Shown: in pieces, positions 1 to 13,214 of the stretch
Numbering within the stretch: the first letter of the stretch is position 1
Layout: every line of letters starts with the position of its first letter
Source of the DNA: the human T2T-CHM13v2.0 reference genome, Homo sapiens
Direction: 5' to 3' (one strand)
DNA: 64,000 nucleotides
NCBI RefSeq assembly: GCF_009914755.1
Contig: NC_060936.1
Translations under genes and position numbers: made by a program
Notes under the pieces: model-generated
Told to the model about the DNA's origin: nothing
The model's database searches: none
Seen by the model: the letters and a program-made list of their open reading frames with translations, nothing else

Positions 1-1999
1 GCTGCCTCGGTGTGGTTCCCTTGTTTGGCTTGCTTTGCTTTCCAATATTGCTTCTGGGCAGAATATCTGTTCATAGGGCACACCTTGAAAAGGCAGTCTG
101 TGACAAACCAACATACAAAAACACTGTAACTAAGGCTACTAGCATTTCTTAGATTTCCCTTATAGCTCAGCTTTTGAATCTTGGAATCCCTGATTATACA
201 GAACAGTTAAAAGTCATATAGTCCGTCCTCCAGCCAACTCTCCATTCACTCTATAACATCCTTTTCAAATAATTATCTAGACTCAGTTAAAATATCCACT
301 TCTTCATTAATTTAAGTTTTTTAAAGACTACGATAGCCAGTGTATAAAGAAATCAAACCCATGTAATTGTGGTATTATAAGGCATGGATTAATTATAATG
401 GGGCACCTGGTCTTAGAAAGCAAATAGAATGAGATTAGTGACTTTCACTGCCTTATCTGACTTTGCACAATTAATACACATTGGTGCTGTGTATATTTGA
501 CAGCCAAAGTGATCCAGGAAGTAGATCCCAGCTGACCATTAGAGTCATCCACTCCCCAAGTTTCCAAATACCTGGGTGAATATGATGTGAAAATCTGAAA
601 GACAATATGATATGATGGAAACATAAAGCAAAACAAAACACCTAAACCAAGATTACAGTCCTGACTCTATTGCTAAACATCAAGATAGAAAATCATAGAG
701 GAATATTATAGTTGTGATATCTCTAAGTCAAGAAGCAAAATATACGTTTTATTTTCAATGAGGAGAATGGAAGAACTCAACAGTTTCGCCACATGCTAAT
801 GATTTTGTATGCTTGTGGAATAGATTACAATCTAGAATAAAGGTAAATTCTCAGTATTCTATCATAAAAGAGTAGTAATACAGAAAATTCAAACCTTATT
901 TTCATTTTTCTCATAAAAAACTGTGAGTTCAACATAACAAATTTACTTTATTTTGACTGATGTGTTGATATTTAGAGTCATTCTCATTCGACAAATAACT
1001 ATCACAAAAATAAAATTCAGTCAACTCAAATATCCACTTTAGCCACATTATTGACTACATTATATAATATGCTTGTTCCACTATTTTCCTTAAAATTAAT
1101 TGTATTTAAAAAGATGATACCTTTTCAAATATCACTTTTTCATGGTTCTAATGGCATAAATGATCAAGAAATATGGCTGTAAAATTTGTAAGGAATGTAG
1201 GAAAAACAAGACAATGATGATTTTTTTCTATAAGAACACATATTCCCCATGTGATTGCCCCACCCCCCATATACAGACAAGGTAATAGTAAACTAATCTT
1301 AATTTCTAGTTTAAAGGGTACTGATATGGATAAGTAAATATCTCATAGGTAGTAGAAAACAGATACCTTCAAACTGCTAAAAGTAGGCTTAGAGGCCACC
1401 ACAATTACAGTATGATACAGGAATCAACACCTAGCACGTGTGTGACCAAAGACGGACAGCCTGGAAAATGTTTTCCTTGGCAGTGTATCATACTAGCCCT
1501 AAAAGTTATTTCCTGTATCTTAGCAACTACAAAGAGAATTTTACAAATTTCTTGAAGCACAAATCCACAAGTTGTTTACAGATATTTCCATAAGAGTGCT
1601 CCCAATTTAATACAGCAGACTCTTTTGACTATCCTATATTAGGCAAGTGGCAAAACTCTATACTGTCTGCACTCAGCAAAAGCACAAATCCATGATCAAG
1701 GGGAACTGAACTCCATAATCTGGAATTTATGCTTCTGACTTTCTTCATGTATAAAAAGGAAAGAGAAAAAATTGTGTTTCTCTTCATTATTACAGATTCC
1801 TAATTAAGGTCAATTGGAAATGATCCTTTAACAGAAAAAATATTTTTGTAAATCCCAGACCACCTCAACAGCACTCCTAATTAGCGATATCTTTGGGGAG
1901 TCAGCAAACTGGCTGTCAGGCCAAATGCTCCTGAGTGGTGGCTGAGGTCACTGTGAAGTGAAGCCAAACTTTCAGCCAAACTGTGTTTACTGTAATCCC

Positions 2000-2680
2000 C
2001 CTACAGGGGGTCATGCCCTGCACGAACAGGGGTTAAGCCTCAGACCCTGTCCTCAGAAAGCTCACGGTCTACTTGAAGCTTCACAAGGGAGCTCTGGAGG
2101 AGATGCTAAGAGCCACAACGATGCACGTGGCCAATTTCACAGGCAACGGAGGTCAGAAAAGACTTCCCCACGGAGAAGAAAGGAGAAAACACAGCCAAAT
2201 TTTAAAGAACCAATACTCATTCAGCACAGGGGCAAGAGGGCTCCCATGCTAAGGGGAGGGGCGTTCCAAACAGAGCCACTGGCTGGTATGAAGGCAGCGA
2301 AGAATGCTAAGGGACCCCTAACCATTCAGGAAAACCACCACTGAAGCGGCAAGATAAAAATGGAATGGTAGGCTGAGGTCAAGATCTACAGTGTTATGTT
2401 CTAGGCTAAGGAGGATGGACTATACCCCATGGAAAACGCTGAACTCTTACAGACTTTTAAGCTCTTAGGGCATGTGAAAGATGGCATGAGCAAGGGGCAG
2501 GAAGGCCATCCCCGAAACCCGCTGCTGTTGTGAAAAGACAGTAGGGATGGAACTGGGGCCCTACGGTAGTTTTGGGTAGCCGTAGATGTAAAATAAAGCA
2601 GCCAAACCAGAGGCTTAATAATCGACTAGATGTGGGGGCGGGAAAAGGTCAAGGAGGGGTAAGTGAAAATAGCCAAATGA
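2000..2680 (-). mobile_element. Degenerate L2 LINE fragment
   Basis: Purine-rich L2-like motifs in antisense (e.g. ctaggctaaggaggatggactatacccc, cagacttttaagc). Explains ORF 1958..2344. Boundaries approximate. Confidence 0.4.
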
Positions 2681-3029
2681 ACAAGCTTCCACCCACTCTA
2701 TCTGAAGTACAAAGTCTTGGGTTTCAAAAGCCCTTTCCATTTCAGGGCCTTAGTTTTACAGTCCCTTTCAGCAGCCTCCCACAGGGGACATCTCATTTTA
2801 TATTACAGTAAATAATTGATCTGTTTCTGCATGGGAACTAATCTTGCAGGACTGTTCTGGATAATAGGAGAGAAGGTGGGGCACACACAGACTTCTGTTA
2901 AAAAGCTTTCATTGGTGGCAGTAGGGTGTGTGCATGCTTAATTCTCTCTCTGCCTCCTTTAGAACACATTTTTAAAAATCTACTGTTCTTGGGCTGGTCA
3001 CACATTTTGTCGGATTCTAAATTTACTGC

Positions 3030-3155
3030 ATAATAAAAGTGCTAATACCTGCCACACCTAATTCACAGGGTTGCTGAGATGAGCAAAAAGAAAATCTGTG
3101 TGAAAGTTCTTTGTGAACTTTAAAGTCCTATTATGAATGTAAGGCATTATTATTG
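3030..3155 (+). mobile_element. MIR (MIR3-like) 3' part
   Basis: taatacctgcc...cacagggttgctgagatgag...tgtgaaagttctttg...gtaaggcattattatt resembles the MIR core and tail. Confidence 0.5.
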
Positions 3156-3245
3156 ATATTGCTTCATTCTTTCAGCAATAGCCTCACTAAGATGAAGAGA
3201 TGACTAAATCCTTACAGAGCTCTCAGCAAAGAGTAATGAAAAGTA

Positions 3246-3426
3246 GTTTAAGTTCCTTACACATGCTGGATATTAGACCTTTGTTGGATGCATAGTTTGC
3301 AAAAATTTTCTCCCATTCTGTAGGTTGTCTGTTTACTTTGTTGACAGCTTCTTTTGCTGTGCAGAAGCTCTTCAGTTTAATTAGATCCCAGTTGTCAATT
3401 TTTGCTTTTGTTGCAATTGCTTTTGG
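3246..3426 (-). mobile_element. Inverted 5' segment of an L1PA13-16-type LINE-1 (ORF2 3' region)
   Basis: Reverse complement reads ccaaaagcaattgcaacaaaagcaaaaattgacaactgggatctaattaaac...aaggaacttaaac, the L1 sequence directly upstream of the forward segment. Confidence 0.9.
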
Positions 3427-4305
3427 AACTTAAACAAATTTACAAGTAAAAAATAAACAACCCCATTAAAAAGTGGGCAAAGGACATGAACAGACACTTT
3501 TCAAAAGAAAACATACATGCGGCCAACAATCACATGAAAAAAAAGCTCAGCATCACTGATCATTAGAGAAATGCAAATCAAAACCACAATGAGATACTAT
3601 CTCACATCAGTCAGAATGGCTACTACTAAAGAGTCAAAAATAACAGATGCTAGTGAGGTTATGAAGAAAAATTAACACTTCTACACTGTTGGTGGGAGTG
3701 TAAAATAGTCCAGTCATTGTGGAAGACAATTTCTCAAAGGCCAAAAGACAGAAATACCATCAGACCCAGCAATTTCATTACTGGGTATATGCCCAAAGGA
3801 ATATAAATCATTCTGTTATGAAGACACATGCACACATACATTCACTGCAGCACCATTCACAATAGCAAAGACATGGAATCAACCTAAATGCCCATCAATC
3901 ATAGACTGGATAAAGAAAACATGGTACATATACACCATGGAATACTATGCAGCCATAAAAGAATGAGATCATGTCTTTTGCAAGGACATGAATGGAGCTG
4001 GAGGCCATTATCCCTAGCAAGCTAGTGCAGGAACAGAAAATCAAATAAGTTATATTTAGCTCCCACTTATAAGTGGGAGCTAAAAGATGAGAACACATGG
4101 ACACATAGAGGGGAACAACACACACTGGAGCCTTTTGGAGGATGGAGGATGAGAGGAGGGAGAGGATCAAGAAAAATAACTAATGAGTACAAGGCTTAAA
4201 CTTGGGTGATGAAATAATCTGTACAACAAACCCCCATGACACAAGTTTACCTATGGAACAAAACTGCACTTGTAACCCTGAAGTTAAAATAAAAGTTTTT
4301 TAAAA
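3425..4305 (+). mobile_element. L1PA13-16-type LINE-1 3' end (ORF2 end + 3'UTR)
   Basis: Typical L1 ORF2 tail (caaatcaaaaccacaatgagata) and an older-PA 3'UTR (ggtgatgaaataatctgtacaacaaacccccatgacacaagtttacc...aaaataaaag). Confidence 0.92.
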
Positions 4306-5847
4306 AGGGGAGAGAGAGAAGTTAGGCATGCAACTGGGAAGCTGAAATAAACCAAAAAAAGAAAGAAAAAGAAAAGAAAAGTTCTCAGATGAAACCTGAA
4401 GACACACCAAGAGTGCCCAGTTAATGACAAGGTGTCCACCCCTTTGGTTTAAGATGCCACGATGTGTCTTTGTATACACTTCTCAAATTCCTTGGAACAA
4501 AATGACAGTAAGAAGAGGATTAGATCTTCATTACCATGTAATATCTTTTTAGAAATGCAGACGCCATCACTAACATCAGTAAGGGCAAAACCTTTGACAA
4601 GCCTACTTTTTTTCAGTGTGCAGGATTACAGCTATTTCAGAGCAACCCGGTCTCACCTGCCCTCCTCATCCTGCTTCTAAACTCTCTAGTATTCCTTGAT
4701 CTGTAGAGGTGTAATACTGTTAAGAAAAATGTTTTATGGAGTTCAATCAGAAATTGACTCAGCGTCATTTTTTAATTCTAACAACAATCTCTTCAACATT
4801 TCAAGACTCAAGGAATAAAAAAAGGAAAGGTTTATCTCATAGAGCGAGCATCAACAGCACAAATAAAAGGAAGTTATTTTTGTTTAATTTTTTTAAAAGC
4901 TTAACCTTAAGACCTGAAGCCAACAATTTGCAGAATTACAGAAGTTCAGGAAATGTTAGTAATCCAACCAGACATATGTTCAGTCAGACAATATTATAAG
5001 AACAATGGCTTAGAATTACAACTTTTATTTATTTATTTTTTGAACAGTTATGGAAGGAAATTAAGCCACTCAGAAGTGTTCATTTTAAACTGATAGCATT
5101 GGTGGCATTTTAGCCTGCTTACTTACAAATGCTAGCAGAGGGAAGAAATACGAAAGCCACTCAAATGGTATGGAGCACGTAACCCACAGCACGTTAACAC
5201 TGTAAGTCAAAGAGCCAACCTTCGCACATGAGTCCATGGAAATCTGGCAGGAAATCAGTCTAAACCTCCACTTACAATAGCTGTATAAATAGTTTTGAAA
5301 TGTTTTGCTTTGAACCTGTGGAGGTACTTTCTACAATATTTGTATCAGGAGGCCACTCCTGAACCCCAGAAACTGACTTTAGGACTCTATTTAGGGCTAT
5401 CATATGTAAAGTTCAAGCTATGTCTTGGCCAGCAGTATCCTTTGGCAATGGTGGAAAAAAAAAAATTGGTTTTTAATTTCTCCTTCCTCCTAAAGATGTC
5501 TTAAGATTTAAATGAGGCAAGTGCCTGTCACAAGGCAGGCATTCAACAAATGGCTCTTTCACGGTAGCCTGTAAAAAACACCTCATAACCATAGGGAACA
5601 TGGTTACCAAGGGCTTTATTCTCCCTACGTGGAGAAAGGTGGGGAGGGAAAGCCTCGGGGACTTTTGTTTCTCTCTTTATGACACAAAGTGGATCCAGAA
5701 GAGTTCAATGAAGACAATGGTCTCTGAAACAGAAGAGCAAGCTAGAACCTTCCCAATGATAAAATGGAAAGTGGTTAAAAAAGAAACTCTCCTTAGGATA
5801 AGGGGCAGGCAGACAAGGGGCCATTAGCCACTAGAAATTAGAATTCA

Positions 5848-6160
<313 letters not shown>

Positions 6161-7382
6161 ATAATAGAATTCAGAGTTGATGCAGGGAGAGGAATGCATT
6201 CATTAGCTGAAAATACAACTCTAGGTTGTTTTCGTTTTTCAGTTTCCCTAAGAAATGCATCCTGAAATACAGTGTTTGTATAAAACTCCTTATTTTTAGA
6301 AGTTTTAAAAAGGAATGTGTTTTAAGAACACAAATTTCAAACCAAACATCTATCCCCCCACCTGCCTTGCCTAAGGCAACTGTAAAGAGAGGATCTAAGA
6401 GGGAAAGTGTCCTCTAGAATGCTATGAAGGCTCAGGGAAATGTATTGCATGTGTTAGCAAACATGAAAATTAATCACAACACATGGGTTAGCAACCACAA
6501 AGATCGCAATGTAACTTCCTCTAGCTGAAAGTCAATTATTATACTACGAAAGAGGAAGAGAAATAGCATTTTGTCATTACAGGCTTGTAGACTGATAAAA
6601 TGTTAGCACTCAAAGAAGCCTCAGATAAAATCCAATCTTTCCCTTCCTTGAAGCAAAGAAGCAAAAACTCAAAAAGTGAATTCCCTAGATCCTTCAGGAT
6701 AGTATTTCCAGATTAGAATATTATAAATATGAAGAAGTTCAACCACACATAGGATGCTTGAATGCCCTGACAAGTGACTGCCTGACCTCTTAGTGGTAGG
6801 GACACCAATGCCACACTTGGTTTGTTCAATACAGTTTACTACCATGGAGCGCTTTGTAAACTATAAACAGCACTACACATTGATAATAAAGATCACTGGA
6901 TCTTCACAAGACTCTCAAGAGTTAGCCAGGGTTATTTTCTCCATGTTACAGAGAAGGAAACTGAGACTTTTCTTCATGAGGAATTGAGATGAAATATGAA
7001 CCAAGATCCTCTGAACCCTACGTAGTGTACTGTAGCCATGCAGAGATGCCACTGGGAGCAGGTTGTCATGTTGAGGCATAATCTGTCTCTGTTTAAATGC
7101 TGTTCGTAATTCTACATGTACCTCAAGGCCATTTAGAACAAATCTAATCTGGCTTCTACTTAACAGCCCTAAATATCCTCAGACAGCATCCTTCTGACTT
7201 CTCCACCCCAACTTTGATTTGATCATCGTGGCAAGATCTCCTCAAAAAGTTATCATTTTTATTACCAAATACTAACTGCCTCTTTCCCATAATAGATGTG
7301 ATTTTAGTCAATTAAAGACTGAATTGTTAAAGCATCTATTAATGTATTTAGCAAATACAGATGGTAAGAAAACCACTGGCCA

Positions 7383-7689
<307 letters not shown>

Positions 7690-8419
7690 CCACTGGCCAG
7701 AAAGTGAAATATGCATATGCCTCAGTTCTCATCCCTACCACAGTCTTGCAACACAACACAACCTCTAGAAAAATATTATCAAGATACATATACATATGTG
7801 CCACAGTTATAATACTTAAAAAGAAACTAATGAGTGGTTTTCAATGGGAAATATACTATGTGTATATATAATTAAATGCTAAAACATAAATAAAAATATT
7901 ATGAAATCTTAGTCTCAAAGAGATTAATTGCCTGATTCATACACTAATAGGTAAACACTCAAGAACAAATGAAGCTTTATCCTTTGCCTAATTTGGAGTG
8001 GGGAGGAAAAGTAAAATTCAAATGCATTAATGCTAATTTGTATTCTTGTCAAGGTTTGAATTTCAGCATTGATTGAGCAAGCCACTACACTAGATGTAAG
8101 TGAAATCTGCTACCAGAAAAATCATAATGTATAATTTTTCAATCATTTTTCCCATTCTCAATGTGCCATGTTAACACTGATAATAAAAAAAATGTAATAA
8201 GCTGACTGATTCAGAAATCAAAATGCAAGCCTCCAAATTTCATTACATAAGTGTCAGATTTGAAAAAGGAAGTGATTTTTTACATATATTTATGTTTCTA
8301 CACACATACATGCAGACAAGATACACACATATATAATATGTATAGATGCATAATATATTTTATGTATATTTACATATGAGTATGTACTTCCATAGCGTCT
8401 CCTTTTACATCAGGTCTTG

Positions 8420-8580
8420 TCACATACATTATCTCATTTAATTCTTTCACAAATGCTTTGAAGTATTAGTTCTATAAATGAGGAAAGAGAAACTCAGAAT
8501 GTTTTAGAGCTCTAACCTAAAATTTCAAAAATTGTTTTTAAATTTAGTCCAGATCAACCTGCCTCCAAAGCCCATCTTCA
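8420..8580 (-). mobile_element. MIR
   Basis: cattatctcatttaattc...ataaatgaggaaa...gaaactcaga...ctgcctccaaagccc, MIR core in antisense. Confidence 0.55.
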
Positions 8581-9329
8581 TAATTCAATAGAAGATGCTC
8601 TATATTCATGAAATTAAAACTTTAACAAATACATTGAGGTACATTCACTGAAATTAAAACACATAATGTGACAGTCCACGTTCTCTGGTTTCAAATTCCC
8701 AGATTCCTTGCTGAAATTATCCTACAAGGGCCCAAAAATGTGTTAAAAGAGACAATCCAAACACCTGTAACTATCAATACGACAGAAGAGCACAGTAGCA
8801 AGCCAGAGAAGTTCACGGCTTCAAGCCCTCCACTCAGAAAGCAATAATTTTCTAATAGGTGAACAATTAAACTATTAATACAGGTAAATTAACTTTATAG
8901 AGGTAAGCTTGCCTTTTTAAACCAATTTGAGCATGACTGTAACAACTCCTGTCCTAAATTAAAAAAAAAAAAAAGTCTAACACAGGGTATTTTATGCCAA
9001 GTCACAGTTATGTAATAGCAATATTTAGAGTAAAGAACTGCTTGCTGTTCATTGTCCTGGTACTGAATTAATTGCTGTTCTCATATGGGTGACCTAAAAC
9101 AAAATCAGTTTGTTATGCTAGTTCCTCCGTGAGCAGAGATTTATTCATAATAACAAAAAGATCATGGAGTCTTATTCATCATTATTATTACATATTTATA
9201 CTCCAATAAGACTAGCTTTCTTTTGATTATTATTACTACCAAAAAGCATCTACAGATAATTTAGGAGTCAATGGACAACTCCAGAGCAAAGTTTAACAAA
9301 CTGTAATTGTGTAATTGTGCAAGCCAGTC

Positions 9330-9635
9330 TTTTTTTTTTTTTTTTTTTTTTGAGATGGAGTTTCGCTCTTGTTGACCAAGCCAGAGTGCAATGGCACGAT
9401 CTCGGCTCACCACAACCTCCGCCTCCTGGGTTCAAACGATTCTCCTGTCTCAGCCTCCTGAGAAGCTGGGATTACAGGCATGCATCACCACACCCAGCTA
9501 ATTTTTTGTATCTTTAGTAGAAACGGGGTTTCACCATGTTAGCCAGGCTGGTCTCGAACTCCTGACCTCAGGTTATCTGCCTGCCTTGGCCTCCCAAAGT
9601 GCTGGGATTACAGACGTGAGGTACTGTGCCTGGCC
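9330..9635 (-). mobile_element. AluSp/Sq
   Basis: Poly-T then gagatggagtttcgctcttgttg...ctcaccacaacc (Sp/Sq-type); imperfect TSD agccag(t/g)ctt. Confidence 0.93.
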
Positions 9636-9679
9636 TAGCCAGGCTTGAAATCAAATTATTTGGTCTCAACCAGCCTTCT

Positions 9680-9866
9680 GAATGGAATGAAATTGAATTG
9701 AATGGAACAGGAAGAGAAAGGGAAAGGGAAAGAGAAGGGAAGGACAAGGGAAACAAAATGGGAAGGAAAAGAGTAAGGGAAGGGGAAGGGTAGGGAAGAG
9801 GACAGGGAAGGAGAAGAGAGGAGAGGGAGAGGGGGAAGGGAGAAGAAGAGGAGGGAAGAAGAGGAC
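9680..9866 (+). repeat. GAATG-like then GA-rich polypurine low-complexity tract
   Basis: aatggaatgaaattgaattgaatgg followed by about 150 bp of almost pure G/A. Confidence 0.85.
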
Positions 9867-10654
9867 ATTGCAAAGTAGCAAGTATTCTTTCAAGAAACTT
9901 CTGTTTCTGGTCATGTGTGGGTTTGTGCATGTGCACACACACATATGCACATGTGGGATTACAATGTATAATGTATTTCTTACTGAGAGTTGCAACTAAA
10001 AGTATTCAAAAGCCATACTTCTGGAAGTCTGCACATGTGTACAGGTTAGGGTTAAATGAACTTCAAATTTATATAAACATATCCTGTGGTCAAGAGGAAA
10101 GGAAACTGAGACCAGGAAACTTTCCTTTGCTCTATGAATGACTTCTGAAATACATAAAAACTATATTTTTAAATTAACTGCCCTGTCAAATTTGTATATA
10201 GACCATTACAATGGAATGGGAAGATGCCCTTTTAAAAATGTCTTCCTCTTTTTAGCCCCACGCTGGTTGGCCTCTACCTTTACTATAGCACCCATCTATC
10301 AGATAGTGCTTCCTATTAGATAACATGTTTACATGTAACTCTATATTCAGCCCCTATTAGCTACTATAAGGAAGATGCTCAAAATCTGTTTGCAAAAGAA
10401 AGTTCCTGCCAAGTTACCTGAGAAACAATCATTAGATATCTATTCTTTCTGCTCTGAAGGGTTTTACCATCTTTTTTGCGGGGTGGGGGGAGGTCTCCTA
10501 TCAAAATACAAACACCTGAGAAGGGAATACCCTAAGATCTTGGTTCTCAGTTGACTCCTGCTGCCTGAGAGGTCCATGAGGGTGAAGTGATTGGTACTGA
10601 GCATCTGGGAAAGGCACCTTTTAGCTTACCAACGACTGGGAAAAATACACAGGA

Positions 10655-11545
10655 AAGTTGTTGATCAAATTTGCAGATGATGCAGAGTGAAGAGGAGTAG
10701 CTAATTAGGCAGATTAAAATCTAGATTTTTTTTAAATCCAAACATCAATGCAATTAACTTTATACAAACATAAATATAAGGTCAGAAAAAAGTCAACTAC
10801 TTTGGTACATGATAGAGAGGAGCACCAAGGCTATTAGCAATTAGTATTTTAAAAACTGAAAATTGCCTAGACCTTAGGCTTGAGTTCAACTTAACATAAT
10901 TAGAATGCCCTATAGCCCTGTGTGCCCAGGACAATTCTGGTTTATGCCTGTTGCCTGAGCTTAATTATTAGCCACGTCCCCCTTTCACTCTCAAGAATGT
11001 CCTGGTTTGGGTGATAAGTATATTATCACTCCAAATATAAATAAGTGAATACTGTGCTGAACCGGCGGAAAAGCTGATGCCGCCATTTTAGGCTGATTCA
11101 TATTAGACTGATTCCTCAAACAGAGGAAGAAGGAACACATCCATGTTGGGTCCAGTTCTATAGATGGCACATTTTAAGCAGCATCCTAACAAATTAGCCA
11201 GTATCCAAAGTTCAGCAAGGGGGAAAGCAAGCAAAATACACAAGTCTTGTTATTTGAGCAACGATAGTTCAAACTGGGAAATGTTGCCTAACAGAGAGAA
11301 AACAAAGAGTTGGCATAATCCCACTTTGTGTAGCTAAACTTCTACATGTAAACGAGGGAGGAAAGTTTTTCCCTATATTGATCCAGGATCAAAGAAAATT
11401 TCAGTTCCATGCAAGGGGAAACTCGCCAGCAATTGGAAAAAATCCAAAAAATACAAATTACTCAGAGGCAAGTAAACTTGTACTCATCATGTTGAGGCAG
11501 AGGCAGATGCAGTGCAGCAGGAATCTTGCCTTGGGGAGGTCTTTC
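10655..11545 (+). mobile_element. Ancient CR1/L3 LINE ORF2 relic, interrupted by MER81
   Basis: gatcaaatttgcagatgatgca encodes an IKFADD RT-like motif; downstream gtccagttct...cacattttaag...acaaatt and aaactggg...tgttgccta are CR1-like. Confidence 0.55.
10903..11032 (-). mobile_element. MER81-like hAT DNA transposon MITE
   Basis: Reverse complement contains ccaaaccaggacattcttgagagtgaaagggg...taataatta...caacaggcataaaccagaattgtcc. Confidence 0.6.
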
Positions 11546-11568
11546 CCAAATACTACCTTCTATTTTTC

Positions 11569-11886
11569 TTTTTTTTTTCCTTTTCGTTTCTTTCTTTCTT
11601 TCTTTTTTTTAATACGGAGCCTCGCTCTGTCACCCAGGCTGGAGAACGGCGCTATCTCAGCTCACTGCAACCTCCACCTTCCAGGTTCAAGCGATTCTCC
11701 TGTCTCAGCCTCCTGAGTAGCTGGGATTACAGGCACGCCCTACGACGCCCAGCTAATTTTTGTATTTTTAGTAGAGATGGGTTTCACCATGTTGGACAGG
11801 CTGGTCTCAAACTCCTGACCTCGTGATCTGCCCACCTCGGCCTCCTAAAGTTCTGGGATTACAGGCATAAGCCACCGCACCTGGCC
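11569..11886 (-). mobile_element. AluSg-like
   Basis: cctgacctcgtgatc diagnostic; 15-bp TSD taccttctatttttc at 11554-11568 and 11887-11901. Confidence 0.94.
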
Positions 11887-12371
11887 TACCTTCTATTTTT
11901 CAATGGAAACTGTGGTGGAGGTGACTGGCAAAAAGGGAAGGAGTTCATGTTGTGCATTTACATAAAAAGCTCAGACACCTCACCTGCTTCAGCTGTATTT
12001 ATCAAACTGTGGTTGGTTTGGCATCTCGGTATTACAGAAACCGGAAATTTCAGCACCCGGACCCCATAAGTCTTCTACTACTAAATATCTGTCAGTGCTA
12101 CATCAAAATGCTCAAAGTTAAAGCACTATGTAAATATGTATTATTATTACTTCCAACTTTACATTCCACATGAACAAATACAGTTGTGTTTATATTTTGC
12201 AGTATCGGAAGCATGATGCTCGCTGTGGTATTTTGTCACTTAAGTTTTTAGTTTGGTAAGATACTCCCAGATTAAAATAAGATTAACAGAGAGTCAAAGG
12301 TAGAAGGAATAATAACAAAGAAACACGCTTTCCCCACAACACACACACACACGCACACACATACACTACAC

Positions 12372-12600
12372 AAATAGCAGCTATAATACTTAATGACTGA
12401 GCACTCTATGCCAAGTACAATGATAGAAGCTTTACACAGATTCTTTAATCTCTGTAGAAAACTTTGAGACCAGTATTACTATTGTTCCCATGTTACAGAT
12501 CATGAAACTGGAAATTTTAAAGGTTAGGTTCTGCCCAGGGTCACAGAGGTAGGATTCAAACCCAAACAACTAACTTCAGAGTCTGTTCTTTTATACACTA
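12372..12600 (-). mobile_element. MIR
   Basis: tactattgttcccatgttacagatcatgaaactg...ctgcccagggtcacagag...ggattcaaaccca. Confidence 0.75.
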
Positions 12601-13214
12601 AAGATAGAAAGGACATAACCCAGCTATTTTGTATGTTTGGAAAGTAGAACAGTAAAATATTAAAGAATTGGGATGTGGGAGGAAAGGTAGGACTTCCAGA
12701 AAGTGGACATGAGAAGTGGGGAACAGAGAGATGAGGTAACAGAGTAGAGAGGAGACAACATGGTGGACAGGCCATGGGAAATGAAAGCAATGGTGGTGGT
12801 GTGTTCTTCTCTTGGCATTTTTTTGTCTCCTCCTTTCCTACCTATTCTTTTATTCTCCATAACTGTAAATTTGTTTGTTGTTCTCTTCCTCTATTTTTTA
12901 GCTTCTCTCTCTCATTACATCTCTTTTTGTCGGTTTTTGAGAAGGGGGTTGTTTTTGTTTTTTCTTTTTACCAACAAGAATGAGCTTGGGTCTCTTTGTA
13001 GTTTTATCTCCTTCTCTTTCCCTAATTATTTTCTTCCTTTTACAGTCTCTTATTTCACTCTCTCTCCAATATTTCCTTTATCAATTCTCCAAACTTTTTC
13101 TTTTCTTTCTCTTCCTTACATGATTATAAAATTATTCTTTAAAAATGTATCATGTCCTTTGGATAAGATTAGGTCTTTTCTATTTCAAATAAAAATTTAG
13201 ATGAGTTGAACATT

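Noticed and set aside
445-636. Minus-strand acceptor at about 594 with a 63-aa ORF; similar AG...GT pairs near 4657-4716 and 23337-23418
   Set aside because: Weak donor or acceptor, or stops in most frames, and no recognisable peptide; compatible with chance pseudo-exons.
9680-9866. Satellite II/III-like GAATG array or H-DNA element
   Set aside because: Only a few degenerate pentamers leading into ordinary GA-rich low complexity, with no clean mirror repeat.
12524-13200. Hydrophobic 146-aa membrane-like ORF
   Set aside because: Result of a T/C-rich low-complexity tract; no splice or family support.
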